Origin: Octopus sinensis
Taxonomy: Eukaryota
DNA length: 64,000 nucleotides
Assembly (NCBI RefSeq): GCF_006345805.1
Contig: NC_043010.1
Span: 65,038,001-65,102,000 of the forward strand
Direction of reading: 5' to 3'
Position 1 is the stretch's first letter. Every line of letters begins with the position of its first letter. The notes beneath the pieces are model-generated. The model was given only the letters and a program-made list of their open reading frames with translations. It was not told the origin of the DNA and did no database searches. Below, in pieces: positions 35,939 through 49,137 of this stretch. Position numbers and translations under genes: made by a program.

Positions 35939-36103
35939 TATTTGCCATCTCAATATAGCTAACCACTAGGGCTGACCTCCCTTTGCAAATACCGATAGGG
36001 CACAGAATGTGTGTCTATAGCCAGCGGGAGGAGATGTTCTCCTGGGGCTACAAGCTACAGTAACATCCACCCTTAGTGGTTAGCCATATTGAGATGGTAA
36101 ATA
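35939..36103. mobile_element. 165-bp fold-back with ~33-bp inverted termini, derived from the repeat at 2681-2815
   Basis: tatttgccatctcaatatagctaaccactaggg vs cccttagtggttagccatattgagatggtaaata. Confidence 0.75.
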
Positions 36104-38818
36104 AACAAGTCGCAATATATTATCTAAGCATATTTTTGGTAAGTTTTCGTGACCTTAACGTTAGTCCAAATGATACTTTACTTTCAGAATGTTTTTCCAA
36201 TGATGTTCCGCCTCTAAATTATTACATCCTGAAAACTTCGAAGCACAGGATGCTATATCCATTGGCAAACCGTTTCTAACTCAAAAGCTATTGTCTCAGA
36301 GAGCACAGATTTTATTGGAGTTATTATAAGATCATTTACTCTCCGTGAGTTCTAAACATATAAATCAATGCAATGGTCATTAAAGTTCTGGGCCACATCT
36401 CGTAAAATAAATCTAAAATTTACTAGATTCTTCCTCCCTCTACACTAAAACCCATATCTATCTTTCGACATTAAATTTCCGTCATATTTTTCTTGTCCGT
36501 TTCCCTAATCGACCTACCAACAAATACCGAATAATACTTCCTCTAGCCTAGTCTTAGTTTACACCCAAACATGTCTGTACAGTTAAGCTTGTACTGCGAT
36601 TGCATTATCATTGATTCTGTCTCTGTATCAAAATATCGCTTTTCTATCTTTCGCCAAGGGCAACACCACTCAACGTTAAATAATAGAAGTTCAATAGTTA
36701 TTGGTTAGACCTTCATCAATCATAACCTAATTTTCTTTGATCGAAAGATGCTTTATCAAACAACACTCAGTCGATCGACTTCTGATGGAATTTATTTTTA
36801 TCGAAACGACTTCTTTGTGAAACGTTATTTCACCGACATTCAAAACGATTTGCATATAAAAGTTTTGCAAATATCTTGTGCACTGATTTCATCTATGGGA
36901 CTGTTTTTAACTCAGGATAATTACAAACATACAATGCATCCTACAAAGCACAAGAATTTTTAATAAAAAGTAACTTTAAATAATATAAAATTAGAATTTT
37001 AATCGAAAGCTTTAATCTAACGGAAAACTTTTAGCCACCTTCGAATATCATTATTTGTATGTGGCAAAATATATTACATAGCTTCATATACATTCCATCA
37101 CACAGACCAAATCCATGTTTTCAAACTGTGTGAAAGAATCAATAAAAAGTTTCTTGTCACTCAATTTTCTAACAAATCCTTCAAATTTAGATGCAGCATT
37201 TCGATGTACATGTGCAAATAGTTGAAATAGTTTGGTAAGAAAGACATGTTTTCTTGTTATAGTGTATCAACTTTGCTCTAACGCTATCCGAAATGAGAGA
37301 AACATACATCCAAATATCTTCTCTTCTTGTAAAATAATCTAAATCCATCCACATACGTAAAGAGCAATAAAAACACACGCATATATTTGTCTTTAGAATA
37401 TAAATAAACTCATTGAAATCTCATTGATTGATTGATTGATTGATTGACTGATTCATTAATGGCCCCTTTATAAAATTTGACGATGACCGAGCAGTAAGCA
37501 TAATGAACAATTAAAGAACATAAAAAAAGAAATAAAGAAAATAGAAGATTCCTAAAATTACGTTTTTTAATCTGAGGTCAATGGAGAGAATGATTTTAAC
37601 TGCACGACACCTCGACAAAGGACGAATCCGTACACTGGATCACAGCAGCTTCCTCCAGTTATCTCACATTCCGTGCTCCTGGAACTCTGGAAGTGACAGC
37701 ATTTCGTTGGTGCAAATATGTGACTCTCCCACCACTGCAATGCAATGGTGCCATCTACGGATGCAAGTAATTTCAGCCATAAAGAATTAATAAGAAACAG
37801 GCCTGACTATACAACATTTCGACACGTGGTGTTTGGGTGAATAAAAAAACACCTACGCTGCATCTTCCATACGCCTGAAACTACCATCCCGACTGTAGTT
37901 CATAGTTGCTGAGGTATGGAAAAAAACCTCAACTGAGTCACCATATCACAAAATATGCCCACTGACAAGATTAAGTCAAGACAACGGAGTTTGTGTGCTT
38001 AAGAAGGGAATTATTAAAGTGGCTGAAGGGATCTCCAAACTTCGCATTAATATCCTAAAACATTATTCCAGATGTTTGCCCTGCATTGTGGCTTCCATCT
38101 CAAGATGAAATTATGTTTCCATTTGTATCAGTTGCTCCTCCTTGGCCAGCCACCGCCAGCAATGAAGCTGTCGAAATGAAGGCTATATAATTCTATCATA
38201 CTTCATCTGAATGAACTGAAAACAAGCCACTAAACATACACATACATTTAATGTGTGCAGTTATACGCATTACCGATGTCCATTAACAACCCTGAATTCA
38301 GCTATCCATTAACAAGTCTTGTTTTTCACTATGTAAGATATATAGTGTCATCTTCCCCACTAAACAAGCTTGATGGGATTATCAGTTTAATCACCGACAA
38401 CCCGACGATAGAAACGGTTGTAACGTTGTATGTTATTGATAGCATTTTCAAAGGAACAACCAGACACAAATTATGGATGATATCCTATACAAGTTACCAC
38501 TGTATCGACCAGACTATCGGATGTTACACTTGCTCGCGTTATCATAGCTTTTGAATAATGCCGCCTCAGGCTGGCTGGGCTGGCAGACCAACATCCCCCT
38601 GAACAGAACACCAGTTTGCCGAAGGTTTAACCATTTACGGCTGAGTGAACTGGGGTAACATCAAAGAAGAATTTTACTCTAGAACTCAACGAATCACTGG
38701 TCCGAGAATTGAAACACCGATTTTACAATCATGGATGCAACACCTTAACCACCAGAACTTTCATTTCTCTCTATCTTTCTCTCTCTCTCCCTCTCTCTCT
38801 CACACACTCACACACACA

Positions 38819-38861
<43 letters not shown>

Positions 38862-39029
38862 TCTCTTTCCCTAACAAGATTTGTTAAATAATTTGAGTTA
38901 TATTTTCAAATGCAAACTATATCTTTATTTGAATTTTATATTTTTATAGGGAAAATTGTTGCAGTCTGTAACACAATTTCTACTGAAAGTTATTATACTT
39001 AAAGTTTTTTACGTAGTTAAAATGGTATA

Positions 39030-39340
39030 GACGCAAGCGAGGCTGTGTGGCAAGAAGTTTGCTTCACAATCAGATTTGTCTGGGTTCAAGTCCTATTGCG
39101 TGGCACCTTGGATAAGTGTCTTCTGCTATAACCCCAGGCCGACCAAAGCGTTGTGGTGGATTTAGCAAACGGAAACTGATAGATTTTCGTGTGTAACATA
39201 TGTGTGTGTGGGGGTGTGTGTTGGTCTCCCACAATATCTTGATGACCAGAATTGGTTTACATTTGCATAATAAGTAATGAGGTCGATTCATTCGACCAAA
39301 CAAAACTTTTCAGGACAGTGCCCCAGTATAATGACTGAAG
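39030..39340 (+). mobile_element. Octopus-type SINE, diverged
   Basis: ggctgtgtggcaagaagtttgc..gcgtggcaccttggataagtgtcttc..gccgaccaaagc. Confidence 0.75.
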
Positions 39341-40346
39341 CAGAAATACCTGTCATCTTTCGAACTTATTTCGTATAACAATTAATACATTCTTTTATTA
39401 TTTGTTTATTTATATTTATATATATAAAATCTTTATGTTAAATTGAAAATTATTTCAAACCGCACAAAAGATACAATTATTTTATTTCTTCATAAATTAA
39501 ATCAATAACATGCCTTCTCTTTTAAAGGTCTGCCTTGAGTCAGTCTGAGAATTATTCTTATGTCTATGAGCATGAATGATAGTTTGTGTGTATGTAGATG
39601 TGTGGTTACTTACAATGCACTCATGCTCACGAACACAAAATCACAAATACAGGCAGACATATGTGTATATATACACAACCGCACAGATACACACACACAT
39701 TTCGTTTATTCTCCCCTCCCCCTCTCTTATAAGCTACTCCTCATCTACATGCACTCATACAAGCATACCTAAACACAGGCGCAGGAATAATTCTCAGACA
39801 GACTCAAGGGAGAAATTTAAAACAAAGGAAATGTCATTGATGAGGTCAAGAATAGCAACGAAATCACCTTGACACACAAGCAAACGATTGCTTAACGAAC
39901 ACATAAAACAAACGATCGATTAGTTAGTTTGTTAGATATTGAACCGTTTGACTAGCAATGAGAATGTCATTTTTAACCAGTACGTATGTTTACTGGGGCA
40001 ATGACCCTCCCAACACAACAAGATTTGTGTCCACACACGAATTCGAAACAAGAGCGTTGCAATCCGCATACAAAAATAAAGTATTTTACAAAATATCTTT
40101 TTAAAAAATTAATTCAATATCAAGAGGCTTAGATAAAAATAAGTATCGTTTCAGTAATATGGTGTCTTTTGAAAATACGTTTTCTTAAAGTTTTTTCAGT
40201 AAAAAAATTGTTTTGATGATAAGATGTGTGATAAATAGTTGTTTGATAATAGATTTTGATGTCACTGATTATGCATGATATGAAATACCACAAATACATT
40301 TGAATAAACAATTGGAAATCGCTCTAAATGTGAGAAATCAACATAC

Positions 40347-40490
40347 CCAATAACTTAATACGATAAATTCCAGCTGTCCCATCAATATCCAATGTAGGAC
40401 CCTTTACGTCACCGATACAAATTGTTCTGTTTGTGTTTCGTTTTACTTTGCATTCCATTCCTGGTGGACAGGTAACGTTCATTGTTGAAT
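40347..40490 (-). CDS. Exon, 144 bp: HSTMNVTCPPGMECKVKRNTNRTICIGDVKGPTLDIDGTAGIYRIKLL (degenerate galactose-binding/FTP-like strand ends)
   Basis: ttctctctag acceptor, G|gtatgt donor, phase 1-1, open frame. IYRIKLL-GC occupies the position of LCEVEVL-QC in the lectin exon. Confidence 0.7.
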
Positions 40491-43299
40491 CTAGAGAGAA
40501 CAGAATATAAAATATACATAAAAATAGAAAATTCATGTCAGTAAATGTTAAGTTTAAGTAAATATAAATAAAATAAGTGTGCATATGTGTGTGCGTGCCT
40601 GTGTGTATTTATACGTCACTAAAGTGAACAAGTACCTGTATTGCTATAAATAAGAATCAAATCAACTCAATAGCCATACATACACATACACATACACATA
40701 TTTATATATATGTCTGCATATTTGTGTATATATCATGAGATCTACTTCACAGCCCTTAACTGCTCCTTTAAAAACTGCAAATCACCATCTTCATCATCAA
40801 CATCATCATTGTATCAACTGAAAATTGAGTATATATGGTATATTTAGCACCCTGTCAGCCAGATCCATGACTACATTTCGATACTAATTTGCAGTGATCT
40901 CATTTTTCTGACATTATCAATGCACTTGAGTAAATATGATTCTTGCAGTGTCCTTTCTGTTAAATATTTTGGGTTTTTTTATGTCTGCATAGAGAAAACT
41001 ATTAAATATCACCGACTGTTTTTCTTAGACGTGCTCTGAAATCAGCCGACATTCGTGAAATGGATAAATATATTGATGAGAGGAAGAGAAGAGAAAGAGA
41101 GAGCAAATGGTTAGGAAAGGTGTACCTTTGCACTGAAATACTTGCATTATTAACATTATTTTAGGTGAAGAGCTAGCATTCATTCCGGTGCTTTCCTCTT
41201 AAAATCCGCCGGGCCCGACTTCGCCTCTAATTCTTCTGGGGTCGAAAAATAAGAACCACCCTGCACTAATTCCAGTTTGGATTTTACACAGACTTGTAAG
41301 AATCTACGTATATACCACGTTGCCAATAATTTCAGAGATTCTGCTCACTTGGAATGATCGTTATAAATTTTCTAATAAGCATTAAAAAACCTGCTCGGTC
41401 AACGTAAACCAATATTTTGATACTTTCATAAAATAATATTATATTGTCATTCAATTGATAATATCTGAATACTGTGTATTTAAAACGAATTAATTTCGAT
41501 TTATTGTCATGAAAAATATAACCACTACAATCATTATCAACAATAAAATATAATATGAAATATTATTTCTCACCCGCAAAATTACTGTAAATTTCTACAG
41601 TACTAAATCTGTATATGTTTCGGAAGTTTATAACTATTTGGGGTTTCTTTGCCTGTTTGTTATCAGAGGAAAATAAATAGGAATACGTGCTCGACTCGTT
41701 CTTTATGAATTCATGATATTTTCCTGTATATAAAGAAATAAGTTTAGATTATTAAACTGAAAGATCGGAAAATGAATGCGAATAGCAACAAACGGGAACA
41801 AGTGTTCAGATAAGTAATGGTATATTTTAGAAACAAAAGAGATTTTTTTACATTTGAATTACAACAAATCCTTAAAATCCTTAAAAAACGTTTTAGCTCG
41901 AAGGCCGCGGCCATGCTGGGGCACCACCGCTGAAATATTAACACAAAGAAACTACAAGTTTTATTCTGATTATAGAAAGAGGTTACAAATATTGTAAAAA
42001 TGTTCTTTTATTTTCCGAAGATGCAGCTGTGTTAGTCCTGGTGTATATACTCGAAGGAACAGCCTTTATCCAGTTTATATTTACATTGTGAAAGAAAATA
42101 CAAAACAATCCTTCCATCACTACGTTATAGTGAAACATGTGGTGAGATTGTGAGATCTAATACTCTGAAGAAGGAAGGCGCTGAGCTGGGAGAAACGTTA
42201 TCACGTCGAACAAAATGCTTAACAGCATTTCGTCTCCTAAAACGGTGAGGTAGGGGAATCGTAAGAACGTCGCGCACGAAGTGCTTAACGGTATTTCATC
42301 CGTTTCTGAGTTCAATTTCCATATTATTTTTCATCCAGTTCAGGTCGTTAAGCTATCAGTTGATCACTGAGATCAATATCATCAACTTCCCACGGAATAG
42401 TTGCCCATGTGCCAGAATTTGAAAAATGAAATTAATAAAAATATATATATATATATATATATATACATATTTATATATATATGTATATATGTATGTATGT
42501 ATGTATGTACACACACACACATATATATATATAATATATAAATATATACATACATATATGTACATACCTTCATATATATGTGTATATACATGCATATATG
42601 GATACAGGACATCAAAAAAACATTGAACACAATGTGAAACGAAAACAAAAACATAGAAAACGAACTTTTTTTCGAACAACGAAATAAACAGAGAAACGAG
42701 ACATGATACACTTGTGTGAGTGAGTGTGTTTATGTTTGTGTGAGAATATATAGATATTGTTACGAATGGGAAAAATTATACTTAGATAATTTCTAGTTCG
42801 CACGACGTGGATTAGAACACTCCTCTCTGGTTTTATAAGCGAAGGCAGTGTGGTTTTGGCGTTACAGGCTGTTTAAGCGAACGCAGTGCGATTTTGGGGA
42901 TCTCAGTCACAGATTTCTTAATTAATTATTTTTTTTGTAACTAAACAGTTTGAAACTTCGGATACTGGTTGAATGTGACACGTAGAACGCGGTTTACTCT
43001 TAATGTTCTTAACAAAATGTTGTATCTTAAAGTTATTTCGTGATAAAAGTTGTCGTGTTAAAGTTGTTTTCAGCTGAAAAAAATTACTGCTCTTTGCGAA
43101 AGTAATGGAAGAGCAGTAACTTCCGGGTCATCGGGTCATGAAAGAGAGAAAAGTATAAAAGAAAAGAAAGGTGGGTGAGAAAAACAGAAAGTTCTTTAAC
43201 AGGGAATACTTTACTGTGTGTGTGCGTGTGTATCCATATTACATGATGTTACATGCTATGAAACGGTCCAAAACTCTAGTCAACAAAATATAAGACTTT

Positions 43300-44160
43300 G
43301 TAAGATTAATAATAACTTTATACTGAGAAGGTCTTACAGAAAAAGAATATGACTATATTACCAATTTTAGATGAATACCTAGACTCTTATATAGCATACC
43401 AAAGTCCACAACACTGAAAATAATAACTAAAGCATGCTAAGGATCTACTGACATATATATCTACTGACATCAATATCTCCTTACCAAATGATTTGAAATT
43501 AAGACAATAATAGCTGGTCCAGCATGGGAATAACTTTATAGAAATCCTTCATGAGTTATTCCTCAAGCATACCAGAAGTTTCATAGCAGATACTAAAGCA
43601 TCTTCCGAAAACAGTCGATAAAAATCACTGATAGAATCTTTCAATTTTCTGAGTCTTTATTCAAACGTCTCTCGCGAAATACGAATATAGGTTATTAAAT
43701 CCTGGTTGGATCATTATAACGATGACTTCCTCACCGCTTGACAAAGTATCTGTAATAGGACAAAAGTTTCTACTTTATGTTCCCATGATAATTTTTATTC
43801 CTATTTTTAAATCATTTCTTTATTCGTATGATATTCTAAGCTATACATACACCCTCTATATAAGATATATATGTCCCTAGCTTATTAATCTAATTCCTTC
43901 CATAAGCATGTAACCATCCTTTTATAAAGAAAAAAAAACACAACTCTGAAGAGATTCTACCCTATATTTTTCAAAATGATAATTAATTCTCATCATTGGA
44001 ATTCTTGAAATTATGCAATTATTTATAGGCTGGAATCGAAACGTACACGCAAGTTTTTCTAAAAATTTATTTGTATTCAGAATTTATCTTGGAATTATCT
44101 AAATGAATTAATTTACACCCTTACCAACTCTCCATTTTCCCAGTTTTAATTAGATAATAC
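43300..44160 (+). mobile_element. Highly degraded Penelope-like RT region
   Basis: PKSTTL, and PSFIADT-like and SRFI-like traces; many stops. Confidence 0.35.
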
Positions 44161-44299
44161 TTACAACAATCCTATACATATTGGGGAGACTTTCCTTGAA
44201 TGTGTTGGCGATTAAACCAGTGAAATTTTGGATATATTAATCCCTTGAGAAGATAATACATCCTCGAATTGACTACACACACACATATATATATATAGT

Positions 44300-44360
<61 letters not shown>

Positions 44361-45646
44361 ATATATATATATGTGTGTATGTGTGTGTATGTTTGTGTGT
44401 GTTTGTGTGTATGAATATATGCATGTATGTACGAACGTATGCATGTGTGTGTGTGGGTGTAACATCATCATTGTCATCATCGTTTAACGTCCAACTTCTT
44501 TGCTCACCTGGATTAACGTTTTGACAGAATGTGACAAGACAGCAAAATGCATCGAGCTCCAGTACCTGCTTTGGTATGCTTTCTACGATTGGTTGCTCTG
44601 CTTAACGCCAAGCAGTTTGCAATGTGCTGGGGCTTTCTTTCTCGGTGATACTAGCGCTAGTTAGGTCAGGAGCAAGTTTCTAAGAGAATACTCCCTCGTT
44701 TGAGTGGGGACACAGTATTGAGGGATGTGGTTTCTATCAGGTGTATAGGGGTGAAAGTATAATAACGTACAGGAACAAGTGTCTTGATTTAGAGGAGATA
44801 TATCACCACCCTTTATGAAAGGTAAGAAATACATTACGGTGATGAGGTGTTAGAGGTTACCCTCAAGGGACAAAGGAAATATAAGTGAGAACAGAGAAAG
44901 AAAATCAGAAAGTGTGGGCAAGCAGTGATAAGTTAGCAATTCTGTGAAAAGAGAATGGGAAATGGTTAGTGATGGGGACAGAGAGGAATCCGGTGAATGT
45001 GGAACACGTACAAGTATCGTTAAGGCTGAATCTCAGTTTTGGGGGAGGGAGTGAAGGGATTAGGAGAGGATGAATGAAGAGGTGGAGGAGAAGATAAGTG
45101 ATAGAATATAATAGAGGGTGTGAAAAGCAAAAGTATAATGCGACCTTAGATGAGAAATGGGGAAGTTTCATGGTGTATGGGGTTTTCGGAATCGGAGTCT
45201 AGCAGGAAATAGAGGTGGAAATTGCGTATATGTGTGTTTGTGTGTGTCATGTATATATGGGTGTATGTGATGTCGTGTGCATGTATGTGCATTTCAAGAA
45301 TGTGATAAATGTTATTTGTCAGTATACAATAATAGTGTAACATATTTTCGTTTATAGGATTTAAACTGTTGTTTTACGGAAACAGGATTATTACTGTTCT
45401 GCATATCTCAAACTTTCTTATATTAAAGGAATCTGTAGTGCAAACTATTTGTTTTTCATATGAATTAATACCTTCATATCTCTGCACGTTAGTCAAACAG
45501 AATTACAATGTCGGTAATGAAAATTACGCTTTAAACAATAGTAATTTTTATCAGTATCTTCAGACAACCAACTTTTAATGAAATTGTAATTTAAACAGAA
45601 TATATAAGAATGTAATGTTCAGCAACCCTGCTACTTTGTAACTTAC

Positions 45647-45799
45647 GTTTTTGACAATATGGCTTTTTATATCCAGGTAAGCATCCATTTTTACATTTCG
45701 TAAAGTTTCTGAACTCACAGTCACTAAGGTGTTTACAGTGACATTGGTATCTCTGGTTTTTACCAAACAAGTCAACTCCATCATGACCTTTACAACTGT
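45647..45799 (-). CDS. EGF-like exon, 153 bp: DSCKGHDGVDLFGKNQRYQCHCKHLSDCEFRNFTKCKNGCLPGYKKPYCQK
   Basis: tgttttcag acceptor, C|gtaagt donor, phase 1-1, CHC..C..C..GC..GY....C pattern. Confidence 0.85.
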
Positions 45800-47108
45800 C
45801 TGAAAACAAATAATACATCAACAATATTACAAAATCTCTTTCAATTATTGTCTTAATACATAATATTGATTTCCTTCATATTAAACTATATCTATGTTAT
45901 ATAAAAAGCTTTAGATGAATATAGCGTTGTGATTCATATAATTTAAAGAGCATTAGCAATCTCAGTGATAAGGAATAAATTAATCTAACTATTAGAATCG
46001 GTTCACAAACGGTTTACTTCTGCGACGCTCCTCTGTCTGCCCTAATCATTAATTTACTATTTATCGCACATTTTTGATTTAAGAAGTGAAAGAAAATTGA
46101 TAATTAGTGTCTATGAACTACAGATTCTGAGGGTTTTAAAATATATTTCGTGTATATATGTTCCTCACATTTAATGACGCGTGCTTAATGCGTGTGTTGT
46201 TATTTAGCCGTCACTTAGCATTGACTGAGTTGATCTACGATTGAAGGCTTTACACCTATGTCTATCCCATTTCTACTCAACCCATCCCATATATTTTTCT
46301 CTCAGAGAATTACTATATGAGTTTATCTGGTCAACTTACGAGAGGAGAGGTGCCACTCATCAATGCAGAATATTAGGTTTGTCATTTTTTTCTAATAATT
46401 CTGAATTATTGAAATTCTTAAAAATTTAAGAGGTTCTTTCCATTTGCTTTATTTACTCCTAGGAAAAACGGTGAGATGTGCCTAGTATTACTGGGATAAA
46501 TTGAAGATTTAACATTCGTAGAGGAGAATACACACACACGTATATTTTTTCTTAAGCTTTGTTAAAAACTGGTTATTCCACATTAACAGCTTTGTCAACT
46601 TTTATTGCGTGGAATATAAATGTTTCACAACCTTCAAAAGAGAGGTCCATTGTACACTTTTATGAACTCGAAAATACAATACGATTGTTTCGACACATCT
46701 AGCATCGATCTGTCACGGGTGGGATACTTCTCAACCGGGTCAGGCGCATCTGACGTGCAGATGTGTCTCTTCGGGTGATTAACAGATATAACTCGTTAAA
46801 ATAACAGTTCCGCAATGTATCTTCTCACTTAGTGTAAAGAAACGTAGCAAATTATAGGACATAGTTTCATTATAAATAAATTACTCCGCGTGTAATAATA
46901 CGGGTGATATTCCCATCACTTTTCGAAGCAAAATAAATCCGAAAAGTATTTGGTATGATAATATAAAATTTATCATATGAACACTGTAAACAAAAACATG
47001 TTAACAATGTTAACATCAGCTACATTTTAATTTTATTTTAACGAAAGGTATCTATTTTGAAAAATTTAGAAATGAATATTTTCTGATATTTAAAATTAAT
47101 ATTATAGT

Positions 47109-47191
<83 letters not shown>

Positions 47192-47559
47192 TATGTAGCC
47201 ATGAGAAAACTTTTCTAATGCTTTCTGCCTAAAATTGATTCATAGTTATCAATTGATACATATTTTCTCTTGCTCTTAGTCATTCTCTGTCTTCGTATAA
47301 AATACGCATCGTGGTCCTCTTTGTCTTCTTTACTGTGATGGTAATTTACAGAACGGAATCAGTATTTCAGACATGTGTGAACATGTACACGTACAGATAA
47401 TTACATATAATAACACTCACAATGCAATAAGAAACCGCACTCTATTGAAGGAATCTAAAACTATTACAGGGTGATGGAACATGCAAAATATGAGAGTAAG
47501 ATCTGTATCATGTTATTCTATTAAATGATATAAAATAACACTAATACTACTAAACTTAC

Positions 47560-47628
47560 CAGGTTTTCTGAAGCAAGTACTTTTATTACAATTATTTTCT
47601 TCCTTCTCATTATCTGCGACACAATCTC
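47560..47628 (-). CDS. Candidate upstream exon: GDCVADNEKEENNCNKSTCFRKP
   Basis: Strong G|gtaagt donor, phase 1 compatible with the next exon (FRKP-D-SCKG). The acceptor (ccaaag) is weak and the 5' end uncertain. Confidence 0.35.
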
Positions 47629-48369
47629 CTTTGGTGATATCACATAAATAAAAATAGATCTTTTAATATCATATAAATAAAAATAGATCTTTTAATTTTT
47701 AAGTAGACATCAAGTGCAATAACTTATAAATCTTGTGGAATATAAAAAAATGATATTTATGTTAATCCCAGCCGTATGAATGCCATAAACCAAAATGTTT
47801 GTTAGTGAAAATAAAAATCTAGTGAAAACTGTTCAGCGAAAACACAAAGTGGTATAATTCTAGAAACGCTTTAATATCCTAATATGCGTAGAGATGTTTT
47901 TGAACACCTTAACTGTTTATGAACGTGTTAATACATCAGTACGCAAAGGGGCTTGCTTCCCCCAGCCCCCGAAAAATAGCAAATAGATTTATGTCTGTTG
48001 ATGGGGAAAAAGTTTACCGTTACACATATCAGGATTACGTCCCCCTGAACTATGAAAGCCCCACATATTCGGTCTTATATAGAAACGATACTGTTTCAGA
48101 TCAGCTCTCTCCACAAACAGATTTGACGAAGCTAACAAGGCGTTATATCTTCTTAAATTGTATCTTACTTATTTCAGTCATTAAATTGGATCCATGCAAG
48201 GGCAACGCATTGAAAAACTTCAGTAGAAAGAATCAGCACAAGTACTTATTTTGTAAGCCTGGTGCTCATCCTATTGGCCTCATTTACCGAATGGCTAAGT
48301 TAAGGGGACGTAAACATAACAACACTGGTTTTCCAGCGGTGGTCTGTAAGAAATACAGACGCAATAAGA

Positions 48370-48520
48370 ATTCTATCAATTTCCGACCACAACTACTCAC
48401 AAGGTATTGGTTGGCCCGAGGCTATCCCAGAAGACACTTGCTCAATGTGCCACGCGGTGGGACTGAGCCTGGAATCATATGGTTGGGAAGAAAACTTCTT
48501 ACAATACAGCTGCACCTTTT
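48370..48520 (-). mobile_element. Octopus-type SINE, 5' head
   Basis: Matches 30600-30731. Confidence 0.75.
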
Positions 48521-49091
48521 TCTTCTCATCAACACAAAATACATTCATTTATATAATACATAAATACACATATATGTATGTGCGTGTGCAGATATACAGA
48601 CAGACACACACACGTATAATCGAGTTTGTTTTGTTTTGTTTTGGAGCGAAGAGAATTGCACTTTTATATTTATTTCTTTACTACCCACAAGGGGCTAAAC
48701 ACAGAGGGGACAAACAAGGACAGACAAAGGGATTAAGTCGATTACATCGACCCTAGTGCGTGGCACACTGGTAGGAGTATCATCTGTATGGACTTCAAAG
48801 CTTAGGTCGCTATTTAATTAGATATTTTAGGAGTTCGTATATAGGTTTACTTATAGAATTATTAATTTACCGATACTGTTTTTGTACATAGGATAAATGT
48901 GTTTCTTTGTTGTAGTTTAATTAATAATGTTAGTGTTTAATCCTTCCTAGAATTAAGATTGAATGAATGTGGTGATATCTAAGGTATGTTTGTTCCTAAA
49001 CAACACTTATTTAAGTGCTGTTGACACCGCTGGATTGAATGGTACTGCCCAGCTGTCGAAACCATAGTGGTATCATATATATATATATATT

Positions 49092-49137
<46 letters not shown>

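Noticed and set aside
37100-37378. Minus-strand ORF (DYFTRREDIW..CTCTSKCCI) as an extra exon of the EGF/lectin gene
   Set aside because: It ends in a stop with no usable donor and has no EGF spacing. Exons 40347 and 34672 already join in frame.
47919-48563. 214-aa plus-strand ORF
   Set aside because: No recognisable domain, and its 3' part is an antisense SINE head; probably a chance open frame.
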